Part shown: piece after piece, positions 54,285 to 64,000 of the stretch
Position numbering within the stretch: the stretch's first letter is position 1
How the letters are laid out: each line of letters begins with the position of its first letter
Assembly (NCBI RefSeq): GCF_009834535.1
Contig: NC_045697.1
Span: 25,050,001-25,114,000 of the forward strand
Length of the DNA: 64,000 nucleotides
Direction: 5' to 3'
Origin: Camelus ferus
Taxonomy: Eukaryota
Notes under the pieces: generated by a model
What the model was told of the DNA's origin: nothing
What the model saw: only the letters and a program-made list of their open reading frames with translations
Database searches by the model: none
Translations under genes and position numbers: made by a program

Positions 54285-54441
54285 ACATGTTTTACTGTTT
54301 GCTATGGAATATTTCAACAGTGGCTTAGCTACTACATATCTGTGTGCTTGTTTACTCAACACATGATTTATAAGTGTCCTGAATTAAAAAGTAAAACCAA
54401 AATCAAATGTTCCAAACCAAAGCATGTTGAGGTTCTCTTGA
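54285..54441 (-). pseudogene. Pseudo-exon(s), end of CH2
   Basis: QENL[fs]HA.. then DTYKSCVE*TST[fs]YVVAKPLLKYS vs RENLEDAF..DVDVDKPDEKSIMTYVAQFL(Q)YS. Confidence 0.45.
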
Positions 54442-54839
54442 CTTAAAAAAAGCAAGATCTCTAATCTTTTTATAAATATTATTTAATCTTGTAATTTTAA
54501 AACTGATTTAATCTTTATCTTGGGTGGAGTAGAGATGGGAAAGGTGGATGAACGTATACATATTTATCCCTACATACGAATATATACGAGATAGATGGGT
54601 AAGTTGAATAGGCCAGCCTAATAAATCAATCACTACTTACAGTATTTATATAAAAAAATCCCACTGTTTTAAAAACTAACTTGCTAGTTGATTTTTAGGA
54701 AAAAAAATAACTTTTCTAAGTTGGAGACAGAATTAGAATTTTTTTTTTTTTTTTTTTTGGTTTTAGAACAAAATCTTAATCACAGCTTATTCTAATAAAA
54801 AAAAAAAAAAATCCAGTACTTAAGATACCCTGACTATGG

Positions 54840-55175
54840 AAAGATTAGTCAGAATGTACAGAGCACAGAGGAATTTTAGGTCAATGAAAATCCTCTGTAT
54901 GACACTATTATGATAGAGACATGTCATTATGAACTTGTCTAAACCCATAGCATGTACCACACCAAGAACCCTAAGGTAAACTTTGGGACTTTGGATGCTA
55001 ATTGTGATAAAAATATCACTCTGCGGGAGTGGGGGTGGATGTTGATAACAGGGAAGGTTGTATGTATGTGGGAATAGGAGGAATACGGGAAGTCTTTGCA
55101 CATTCCTCTCAATTCTGCTGTCAACCTAAAACTGCTCTAAAAAAAAAAGTCTTAAAACTAAAAATTAAAAAAAAA
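54840..55175 (+). mobile_element. L1MC 3' end
   Basis: gagcacagaggaattttaggtcaatgaaaa..gaaccctaaggtaaact..cctaaaactgctctaaaaa. Confidence 0.9.
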
Positions 55176-55569
55176 AAACAACTTGAATAACCAGACTTAA
55201 ATTTCTGTCTGACATACTTTTCTAAGAATACAGATTTTTATTTTTCATACTACATAAAAGAGTTTGAGCTACAGTATTTATTACATTACATGGGTAAGAG
55301 TATAAGTAAAATCTTGACAATACCATCTGTTCTAAATTTGGTAAATTTAAAAAGCCTACATCATACATAAAAAATTATAATCAATAACATCACCTCACTT
55401 TAGTCAGTTCCACACCTTAAACTGTTTCTAGTGAGATTTTTTTTCAAATTTCTATTAACTACAGGAAAGAAATTCATTTAATCTCTTCTGAGTCTTAATT
55501 TTATAGCATCAAATCTGAGACTTCAGTAGTTCTCACTTTTAAAAAAAAATTTCTTCATTCATGCCTTAT

Positions 55570-55690
55570 CATTGCCTTCCACTACTACTGAGATTCTTTA
55601 TCGCTATTTGGAGTTCTCCCTAGGACGTTTCCTTTGTAAGCACTACAAAATCTGCTAGGTAATGTTCTCTTTAATTTGCAACCTCTGAGA
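55570..55690 (-). pseudogene. Pseudo-exon, start of CH2
   Basis: IKENIT*QIL*CLQRK[fs]..LQIAIKNLSSS[fs]W vs IQGNAKKALLKWVQ..GIEVKDFGKSW (calmin LLAWVQRK); both stops are 1 nt from AAG and the C is 1 nt from TGG. Confidence 0.55.
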
Positions 55691-56592
55691 TAGTCACAAA
55701 AACTGCTAATTAAAAGCAGTTGAAAATAGTCTGACTCACAGATGCAGCTGGATTGAGTTGAGTGGGAGGGTAGCACAGATAATCGTTTGTTAACATCTTA
55801 ATTTACTTTTAATGGAGAAAGTGAAATCCTTCATTTAATTTACATTTGTTTCTTCTCTTTAATTATTTGTTGTACTAAATTTTCACTTTTTAAAACTAAA
55901 TCTTGCACAATTATATAAAAAGTAACATGTTATTTAATGTTAACTAAATTCTTAGATTCAACGATAATGAAATAACCTTAATAAATACAGTTTGGAGAAC
56001 TTCAGACTCAAACTCATTGCCTCTTATAAAAGCAGTAATGATGGTAAACCCTATAAATGTGAAAAGAAATGAGTTCCCAAGAGTAGAGTTGTTCACTTAT
56101 CACATAATTATCTCTCATTAATAGAAAATGACAATATTATAATTGAAAGAAAAGTCAATCCTCTAAGCCTTCTTTCCAAGGTTCATATTAAAATGCATGA
56201 AATCTTAATTCCTAGCAACAATAATAAAAATTTAAATGTAACAGTTAAATTTGTACTGTGAACTAAGTGTGTGTGTGTATGTATATAAAAAACATAATTA
56301 TAAGAGGATTATTCATCATCATGTTGGCTACATGTGTGTTTTTTAGATATCAATAAGGTTATATTCTATATTTTTCTTCTTGAATATTACATGAATTCAC
56401 ATGCTATGTTACTATTTATAAGTCATATTCACTGAATTTAACTCATCTTACTACATTTGTTTATATATTATTTGAGCTCTCTAACTTGCAGTGGCTAATT
56501 CTAGTATCTGTGGTTTGAGGTATCTTACAAAAAAGTATAATAAGTGGGACTGAAAAAAATCTTAACAATATGTTCAGTTTGACCTTGGGAGT

Positions 56593-56685
56593 CTGTACTG
56601 GGAGAATGTTTCCCATGAAAAAGTTATTGGGAAGGCCGAGTGGTTAGCAAATGATCAAATCCTAAGGTCATATTAACCTTGGTTA
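56593..56685 (-). pseudogene. Pseudo-exon, end of CH1
   Basis: KVNM....D.....RPS..ITFSW..ILPVQ vs [30 protein letters not shown]; frameshifted. Confidence 0.5.
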
Positions 56686-56773
56686 ATTCACCATTGTCAT
56701 GAGTCTGACTCCAAGTCCAGCTGCGTTAGGATCTCAATTTCTTCTGTACTAGAATGGACTAAAAATGAGGAAG

Positions 56774-56860
56774 CTGATTCGTATTCAGAAAATGCAGAAC
56801 ACACCAATATGTGACCCACAATGTCAACATGTTAACTTAAAGTACATTTATTTCAAAAGC
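56774..56860 (-). pseudogene. Pseudo-exon, CH1
   Basis: HCGSHIGV[fs]LHFLNTNQ vs HAVANIGTALKFLEGRK; one 1-nt deletion. Confidence 0.6.
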
Positions 56861-57139
56861 AAATAAAAAACAAGATTGCTTTATGTGCCTGTCAGATATA
56901 TTTTATCCTTTTGAGTAAGTCACATGCGAAATACAATGACCAATATGCTTTTAATTAAGCATGGTATTAGCAAAAGGGAGATATATATACACACATATAA
57001 AATTATTAAAGGTATGAGCTCTGGGATACTTACAAGTCACGATTTTTGTAAGTAGTTCAATGTTTGAATCATGTCATATTTTGAGAAGCATATTTCAACA
57101 ACAAAAATTTTAATATTTAAAAAAAATAAAAGTCTTTAC

Positions 57140-57268
57140 TTGCTTTTCTGATCCCTTTACTGGGAGAAATATAATTATAGCAATATTTCTTAAACCTTTC
57201 TCCTGTCCATCTCCCAACTGAGATTCCTAATCAAATACTCCCCTCAACCTCTCAGACATTTCATGTTC
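57140..57268 (-). pseudogene. Possible pseudo-exon, CH1 middle
   Basis: LRGVFD*..LGDG...SEKQ|gtaaag loosely resembles VDDLFEDMKDG..SGQKL; supported mainly by position. Confidence 0.3.
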
Positions 57269-57341
57269 CAAGAAAAAAAGAAGAGCAAGAGATTACTTTT
57301 TGTAAAAATAAAACATGTTTATTACCACAAAATCTTATTAA

Positions 57342-57422
57342 TACAGGCTCACAATCCCTTACCCGAAATCCTTAGGGCTACATGTATTTCAGAATTTAGA
57401 ATTCTTTGGACTTTAGAAAGGC
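57342..57422. mobile_element. Tigger4/MER46-like terminal fragment
   Basis: tacaggctcacaatcccttacccgaaatcctt..tttcagaattt. Confidence 0.5.
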
Positions 57423-58094
57423 ACAAAGATGTGGATGCTGTTATCATTAATATGAGGATACTGACGTTTCTGCTGCTGATAATGAGGATGCTGCTGATAA
57501 TGATAATAATGCTGAAACCCACCACTGCGGCTCCTGCTACCCCTCTCCCTGCGTCCTTATCCACCACACACATCCTACACATATGACTAAAGAGACGGGT
57601 TTTTTCCCTCGTTTCATTCAAGAAACTTAGAGTCAGGCAGCTTACAAAATTGATAAACTTCCATTTTTAGTTAGAAGCAATTCCAGAATTCAAATTCTGA
57701 CCCTCTCTCTCTAAATCTAGGATTCACCGTAATCTCCGTAATAACAGTATGTTTCCAGAATATCTACTAGAACTTTTATCCTACTGATATTTTATTCTGT
57801 TTTCTTTTTTTTCAACCTACTCAGGTCTCTGACCCTGCAGTCAATTGATCAGTAAAAGGTTATATAAAGCCTAACTATGGTGTCACCCTTTGTTGAATTC
57901 TAAGCAGTTGTAAGAACTCAGAGTCTAAGTAGGAATGCATCTCACTGCATTCCTGTTCTGCATTTATATTTGACCTATATTTTATTCTCTTCTCTGTCTA
58001 CCAGTCCCTTTTAGGTTGAGGGACACAAACTATTCAGTGTAGGTATGTCCTTGCTACTTATGTCTGGATCTTCATCAAAACTCTTATGTGCTTG

Positions 58095-58420
58095 TTTGTT
58101 ATCAGAATACAATGGAGAGAGAAATCACAGAATAATTTGAACAGGGAAAGTGTGATATATAAATTAATTAATGTTAACAGAGAATCAGAATAATAAGGAA
58201 TGAGAGTGAACTCTACAGAATAAGAGAAGATATAATGAGTTCAAGGAAGAGTCCCCTCTTAACCTTCAAAAGATGAGTTTTTCAGAGATTTTTGCTAATG
58301 AAACCAGTGTCTCTCATTGGGAGAAAATGTGACATGGCACCACATCAGGGGAACTTGATGACTTGTTGAAAATCTGCCACTCAGAAATTTCTGTAAATAT
58401 GCCACGTAAGACTGTTGGGG
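58095..58420 (-). mobile_element. Old ERVL-type LTR fragment
   Basis: agagaaatcacagaataatttgaacagggaaag.. Confidence 0.4.
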
Positions 58421-58499
58421 AATCAAAAGACTTGCATTTTATATTTATTTTTTTACTTTTTTATCATCATCCATATAACTTGGTAAAAATTAATCTTGA

Positions 58500-60765
58500 A
58501 TTTCATTCCTCACTATGATGAGCAACCCCACTGTATCCAGTCATTGAAAGCAGCTGTAAGAATCTTCTAAATTATGAAAACAACAAATGAATAAAAAATA
58601 GACTGAAAGTATCAGAATCCAACGAAGTTCCCAGAACTTGAGAGTAAAGACCTTATAGAGGTTCACCAAGGTTGCATTCAAAGCAGCCTTCTCCCTGAAA
58701 AGCTATTTGCTGCCTTTGTGAATGTAGAGCCTGATAGCAGAGCATGATCTCAGTGTTGTTGCCACTGAGCTGGTGCAACATTAAAGTTCATGGATACCAG
58801 AGCAATGAGGATTTAAGAGGAAAGAATGGCAGAGAACTGGAACTATGGAAGTTGATCCAGGTCTTCTGGATACAATCCCTCAAAAGGCATTAACCAATTC
58901 CTAAAGTGGGCATGTCTAGAGTAAAAGGTCAAAAACAACAAAGAAAAACAGCTGCTGAGAGAAAAACGATACTTAAGGATCCGCAGTGTCAGAGTTCTGG
59001 GGCAACAACTGATAGACCTGAAGTCTTAAAAAGGAAGTCAGACCCTGCAACCACTCCAGGTTCATAGTTCATAGTTCTAAAGGGTTATTCCCTAAAAGAA
59101 AGAACCTATAAGAAATAGAAGAATTTTCACAAACTTTAAAGCTTCAAGCATTCACAGTCATTATTAAAGCAAGGTGATTTACATGTGTGCTATCAGCCTG
59201 AAGAGAAAAAGACAGTTTTCTCTGAAGGATGATAATACTATCCAGAAACTAATCCAGAGACTTAACTTTTCACTTTAAGTACACAAAATCTCACCAACCA
59301 TGCCAGCAAACAAAGTTCAATGAAGGAAAAAACAGATATATAAAGATACAAACATAAACCAGGTATAAAAGACTGATTAACTTATAAGAGAAGCAGAAAA
59401 GATGAGTGTGGTTTGGTTGAGTTATACTCTCTCCTCAGCCTTTATAATCTTAATCACATGGAATTAAAAAAATACAGAATCACGAGAAATTAAAAATGCT
59501 AAATCACTTGATTACATTAATAGTGTCAAAACAAGAGAAAGTGATGGCCTTTAAACTATAAGAATAATTGTACCATATGGAAAAAAGATGACTTCGAATT
59601 CACACCATGTACGAAATCAATTCTAGATGGATCATAAACAACAATCTGAAATGTGAAACCAGAAATTTTATGTAATACCACATAGAGAATGATATTTGAA
59701 TAGGTTACTAGTTCCTCAAAACACTACACAGTATTTACTATGAAAGAAAAGACTGATAAATTGAACTTTATTAAAATTAAGAAATTCTTAATTCTTTGAA
59801 AAACAATTTTGAAAGACTTGAAATGGCAATCCACAAATTAGAGTGAGATATTTGTAATACAAATAACCAATTAAAGATTCATAAAAATACATAAAAAATA
59901 AGTGAAAATCAATAATGAAGAGATAACTACATCTAAAACAAAAATGAACAAATGAATTGGACAGGCACTTTAACAAAATGTTATCCAAAAGTAAGCTTAT
60001 GAAAATATGCTTAAGGTAGTTATTAGCAAAACACAAGTAAAACTATAATGTTATAAAAGAATTAGAATGGTTACAATTAAACAAAAAACAGCAATACCAA
60101 GTATTAGTAGGGGTATAGAGTACTAAGAACTCACACACTTCAAGTGAAAGTGTAAATTGCTACAAACACTTTGAGCTGGATAGCAGTATCTACCAAAGCT
60201 GAACATAGGTATACTTAAGATCAAATTCCTAGATGTATTTTAGAAATTTATATATACACTTAGAAATCTGTATATACATTACCAAAATGCAAGAATATTT
60301 AAGAAGCATTATTCATAGCATCTCAAAACTAGAAATGACCAAAACTACCAGAACACTAAAAACACTAGATAAACTACCAAAACACCAGATAAAGGATAAA
60401 AACTTCAGAATTGCTAATAAAGTAGAATATTATACAGTACTAAGAACAAATTATAACTTTCTATAACACAGATGAACCTAACAGTGCTTAGTAAAAAAAA
60501 TTTTAGAAAATCCATAATAGAATAATGAACACTGATCATGTTTGAAAACATGCAGGACCATTTTCATGGTAGTAGAAAAGTGGCTGCATTTTTGGAAGGG
60601 CTAGTAACTGATTAGAGCCATAAGGGAATATGCTGGAGGCTGGTATTAGTCTGTATCTTGATTTATTTGATAATTCTACAGAAATGCTTACTTTTAAAAA
60701 TCCAGTGATCTATCTACTTAAAATGTATTCATTTTAGTTTGTGGCGGTTTTATTTCAATTTAAAG
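58500..60765 (+). mobile_element. Old internally deleted L1M (5' region, ORF2 end, 3' UTR)
   Basis: cacaccatgtacgaaatcaattctagatggatc; gactgataaattgaactttattaaaattaagaa; L1M 3' UTR. Confidence 0.75.
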
Positions 60766-60970
60766 GCCAAAGATAAAAGTTTGCTACGTTTAGATCTTAC
60801 CACATTTAATAAGAAATGGCTGAACTTAAATACCAAAATGAGTGTACAAATTTCTATGATTTCACAATAAATTTAAGAGAATTAAACTTTTGTATTTTGG
60901 GCTACATTTATACTAGATTGCAAATCAGTCTATTCTCAGGTGAATTCCTTTTCTGATAGCATTTATATAC

Positions 60971-61024
60971 CATGTTTTCTTATTTCATCCATCTAAATGT
61001 TTTGTGTCTAAAACAAAATCCTGT
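60971..61024 (-). pseudogene. Pseudo-exon, start of CH1
   Basis: ccatag|A CAG GAT TTT GTT..AAA ACA TTT AGA TGG ATG..|gtatat = QDFV..KTF-RWM vs nesprin/calmin EQEIVQKRTFT(K/R)WIN; indels needed. Confidence 0.6.
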
Positions 61025-62619
61025 CTATGGACAAAATTTTGAAAGAACCAATACAAGTGTTTAATTCACCTGTAAAAATCCATTTGCTGAGGGCTAAATT
61101 GAAAGAAACATAGAAAGGAATAATGTAGGAGGAATTGTGTTTAGTTCTTTCACATTCAGTATTTTATGTTCGTTGGAAAAATGTGTGTGTGTTTTAATAA
61201 TTGGTGTCTCCATTAATGTTATTTAAGAGGAAGACTTAAATGTTCTAAGAAAGTTTTAGCAGATTTTGAAGATTACTGATTTCAGAGGACACAGTATAGC
61301 TAAAAAGTCTGAGAATGGAAGATAAAATGTCACATTAAAAACAGTAGAAAAAAATGATTAACTTCTTTCTGTTTTTCCTATTTGGCCCTCTCTTGAAATG
61401 CAAATGAAGATCTGATATTCTGACAGTTGTGTACAGATCCACATGCTTTATTACCTGGGTTGGAGCTTTGTCATTTATTCCTCTTACTTTTATTTACCAA
61501 ATATTTCTTACCATATAATATGTGTCCACCCATTAGGGTGATAGAAAAGTTTGACCTGCCCTCCTTCCTACCTCAGTACAGGTGTTTGACAAGTACGACT
61601 GCCAGACACAGGCTTTCCCCTGAATACTGTTTGGACTCTAATCCAACAGAGTAGCATAGTAAATTAAGGCTTCAAATTTCTGGCTATATGTGAACATGTC
61701 GTTAACTGGTATCATTACTATCAATCAACTATATTTTGTAAAATTCTAATTTATCATCACAATATATTATTTTATATTATTTTAACAAAAGCTTTTCTTT
61801 AAAAGCAGGCATACGAGTTAAGCATTCAAAAAGAAATGGAAGAAATCTGGATTGTTCTGGTGATTCTGATTGGTGGTTTACTATTTTTAAATATACATTT
61901 GAACAACATGTTTTTTCTTCTTCATAATAAAGATATCTTCAACCTTCTAGTTGCCTCCAAGTTGGGGCCACACTTCTCAAGGACTGCTAATATTTTAAAA
62001 CGATACTGGTAAATTTTTATTGTGACCTTACCACGTGCTAGGCATTTTGCATAGCTTAACTTCTATGAGGAATTATCTATGGTCCAGTCCTTCTGCATAT
62101 TATAGAAAGTTAAGGTTATGCAGTGTACCTTTAACCCAATTGACTAAAATTGTTAGTAAGAAGCCTACCATCTCGTCAAAGGGCACCACTTGTTAGCATT
62201 GATGCCAGACAGGTGCCTGTGTCACGTGCAGCTCTTTCACAATTAAACAATAAGAGTGCTAATAGTGTTTGTTTCACACATAACATGTCTCAATGCTTTG
62301 CTGTGATAAATACCAATGTGGTGAGAGAAGACAAACACATGTCAAAGGAGTAATTTCTTTAAATGAGATCATATATTCCTCAAACACTGGAAATTTTCCT
62401 AACGAGGAAATTCTAAACTTAAAGAATTCCAAATTTGTAACGGTTCTCCCTTAAGCTCTGTTCAATTAACAGGCACATTATGTAATCACATTCATTTAAA
62501 TCCAGATGGAAGTCCTTTAGAACATTTTATAACATATCCACTATATTTACTAGTTGTGCTACAACCAGCACATTAAAGTTCAATCATTCTAAACATAAAT
62601 TAAAAAAAAATATTGAGGA

Positions 62620-64000
62620 TTTCTGATTCTCAGTTACACATGTATGGAGCTTGGAAGCTGGCACCCCATACTAACAAGCGAAAAACCAAAGAAACAGAAA
62701 AAACAACTCTCTTTGGATCCATAAAAGAAGAGAGAACAAAGAGCAAAACCCAGCCCCCAGTACTGGGGAGACAGCAGTGAACACAGGCCAGGAGTCATGA
62801 CTTACCAGAGCAGTGACCTGAGGGTGAAACTGCCACAGGAACCAGGGCCGGGCAGGAAAATCCAAACTGCAGTGGATGAATTTGCTGAAGGCTCAATGTG
62901 GGAGGCTCTGAGAGTTAACAACCTCACCAAGAACCAGTCGTGGGGGGCAGAGCGCTCCACAATAATGAGAGATTTGCTTCCAGGAGCTCAGCCAGGTTCC
63001 CACAGTAAACATCAGAGAAAAAGCCCTTCTTGCTTCCTGCAAGAAGAAGGTAAAAGGAACCACTCTGAAATAAGCCTGCGCACTCTGATCCTCTTAATGA
63101 GGCCTGCCCTCAGGTGAAACTAGCTAACCAGAGCCTAACGGACAAGGGGAAGGGAAATCCCCAACTCCAGCCCATCTGCACCATCCTTTCCCATCTAAAT
63201 ATTGAGGTAAAAAACAAACAAAAAACCAAAACAACAGAGAAACTGCTGTAAAGCTTACAGTCCAGAGGCATACACTGATACCTAATCACTGGGCTACAGA
63301 ACACTTCTGCAACCCCACACCTTACCTCCACATTACTAAGCACCTGTTGGTACCAGTCCCTTGTACCTGCTTCATCATGTTTGGTTATCAAGAAAAAATT
63401 ACAGTCTATACCAAAAGATAAAAGAACAAAACAAAAAACAAGCAAAAACTCAAACACATACACAATTTAAAAGGCAGAGCAAGCATCAGAACCAGACATG
63501 GCAAGGGTACTGAACGATCAGACTGGGAATTTAAAGTAACTATGATTAACCTGCTAAGGGCTCTAATGGATAAAATAGATAGCATACAAAATCAGAAGGG
63601 CGACGTAACCTGAGAGATGGAAATCCTAAGAAAGAATCAGGAAGAAATACTGGGGATCAAAAATACTGCAACAGAAACGAAGAATCACCCTGATGAGCTT
63701 TTTAGTGCATTGGACACAGCTGAGGAAAGGCTCGCTCAGCTTGAGGATATTTCAATAGAAACAGCCAAACCTGAAAAGAGAAAAAAAGACTGAAAAAACA
63801 GAACAGAGTATCTAAGAACAGTGAGACAACTACAGAATGTGTAACATTCTCATAATGAGAATATCAAAAGGAAAAAAAAGCAGAAGAAATATTAGAAATA
63901 TTAATGACTGAGAAGTTCCTCAAATTAATGTTAGGCACTGAGCCAAAAATTTAGGAAGCTCAGGGAGCAGAAACTAGAGTAAATACTGAAAAACCTGAAC
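62620..64000 (+). mobile_element. L1MC-type 5' UTR and degenerate ORF1, continuing past the edge
   Basis: gaatttaaagtaactatgattaacctgctaaggg..gagatggaaatcctaagaaagaatc..ggacacagctgaggaaag. Confidence 0.9.

Larger units (their letters stand above)
2470..61024 (-). pseudogene. Decayed multi-exon nesprin-1-like gene (CH1-CH2-spectrin repeats); unitary pseudogene, probably continuing past the left edge
   Basis: About 25 minus-strand segments whose manual translations resemble recalled SYNE1 motifs in collinear order; nearly all carry stops or frameshifts, and many are bounded by AG/GT. Too diverged to be SYNE1 itself. Confidence 0.8.

Noticed and set aside
1461..63463. Supplied ORFs as protein-coding genes
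   Set aside because: All are short, many start at non-ATG codons, and they fall in repeats, low-complexity DNA or decayed pseudo-exons; no intact spliceable CDS can be built.
1..64000. Prokaryotic systems (CRISPR, operons), functional tRNA/snRNA genes, CpG-island promoter
   Set aside because: The sequence is mammalian, the RNA matches are truncated retrocopies, and no CpG island is present.

Overview
AT-rich, CpG-poor eutherian DNA, probably from a cetartiodactyl (artiodactyl-type L1 3' end; no ruminant, pig or whale SINEs noticed). I found no intact protein-coding gene, and none of the supplied ORFs is a credible CDS. Much of the window is old interspersed repeat (L1, L2, MIR, MaLR LTRs, Tigger/hAT MERs). 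Main observation: the unique sequence between the repeats holds about 25 heavily decayed exons on the minus strand, from about 61,020 down to at least 2,470. Translated by hand through stops and frameshifts, they give in genomic order two calponin-homology (CH1, CH2) domains followed by a long spectrin-repeat rod. This order follows, motif by motif, the N-terminal part of nesprin-1 (SYNE1) as I recall it. Several GT/AG splice sites with compatible phases survive. I interpret this as an intron-containing unitary pseudogene of a lost giant nesprin paralog. All protein comparisons are manual and from memory and need a frameshift-aware alignment. Two tailless small-RNA retrocopies with target-site duplications (U6 5' end; tRNA-Arg-UCU 5' half) and several local duplications are also present.
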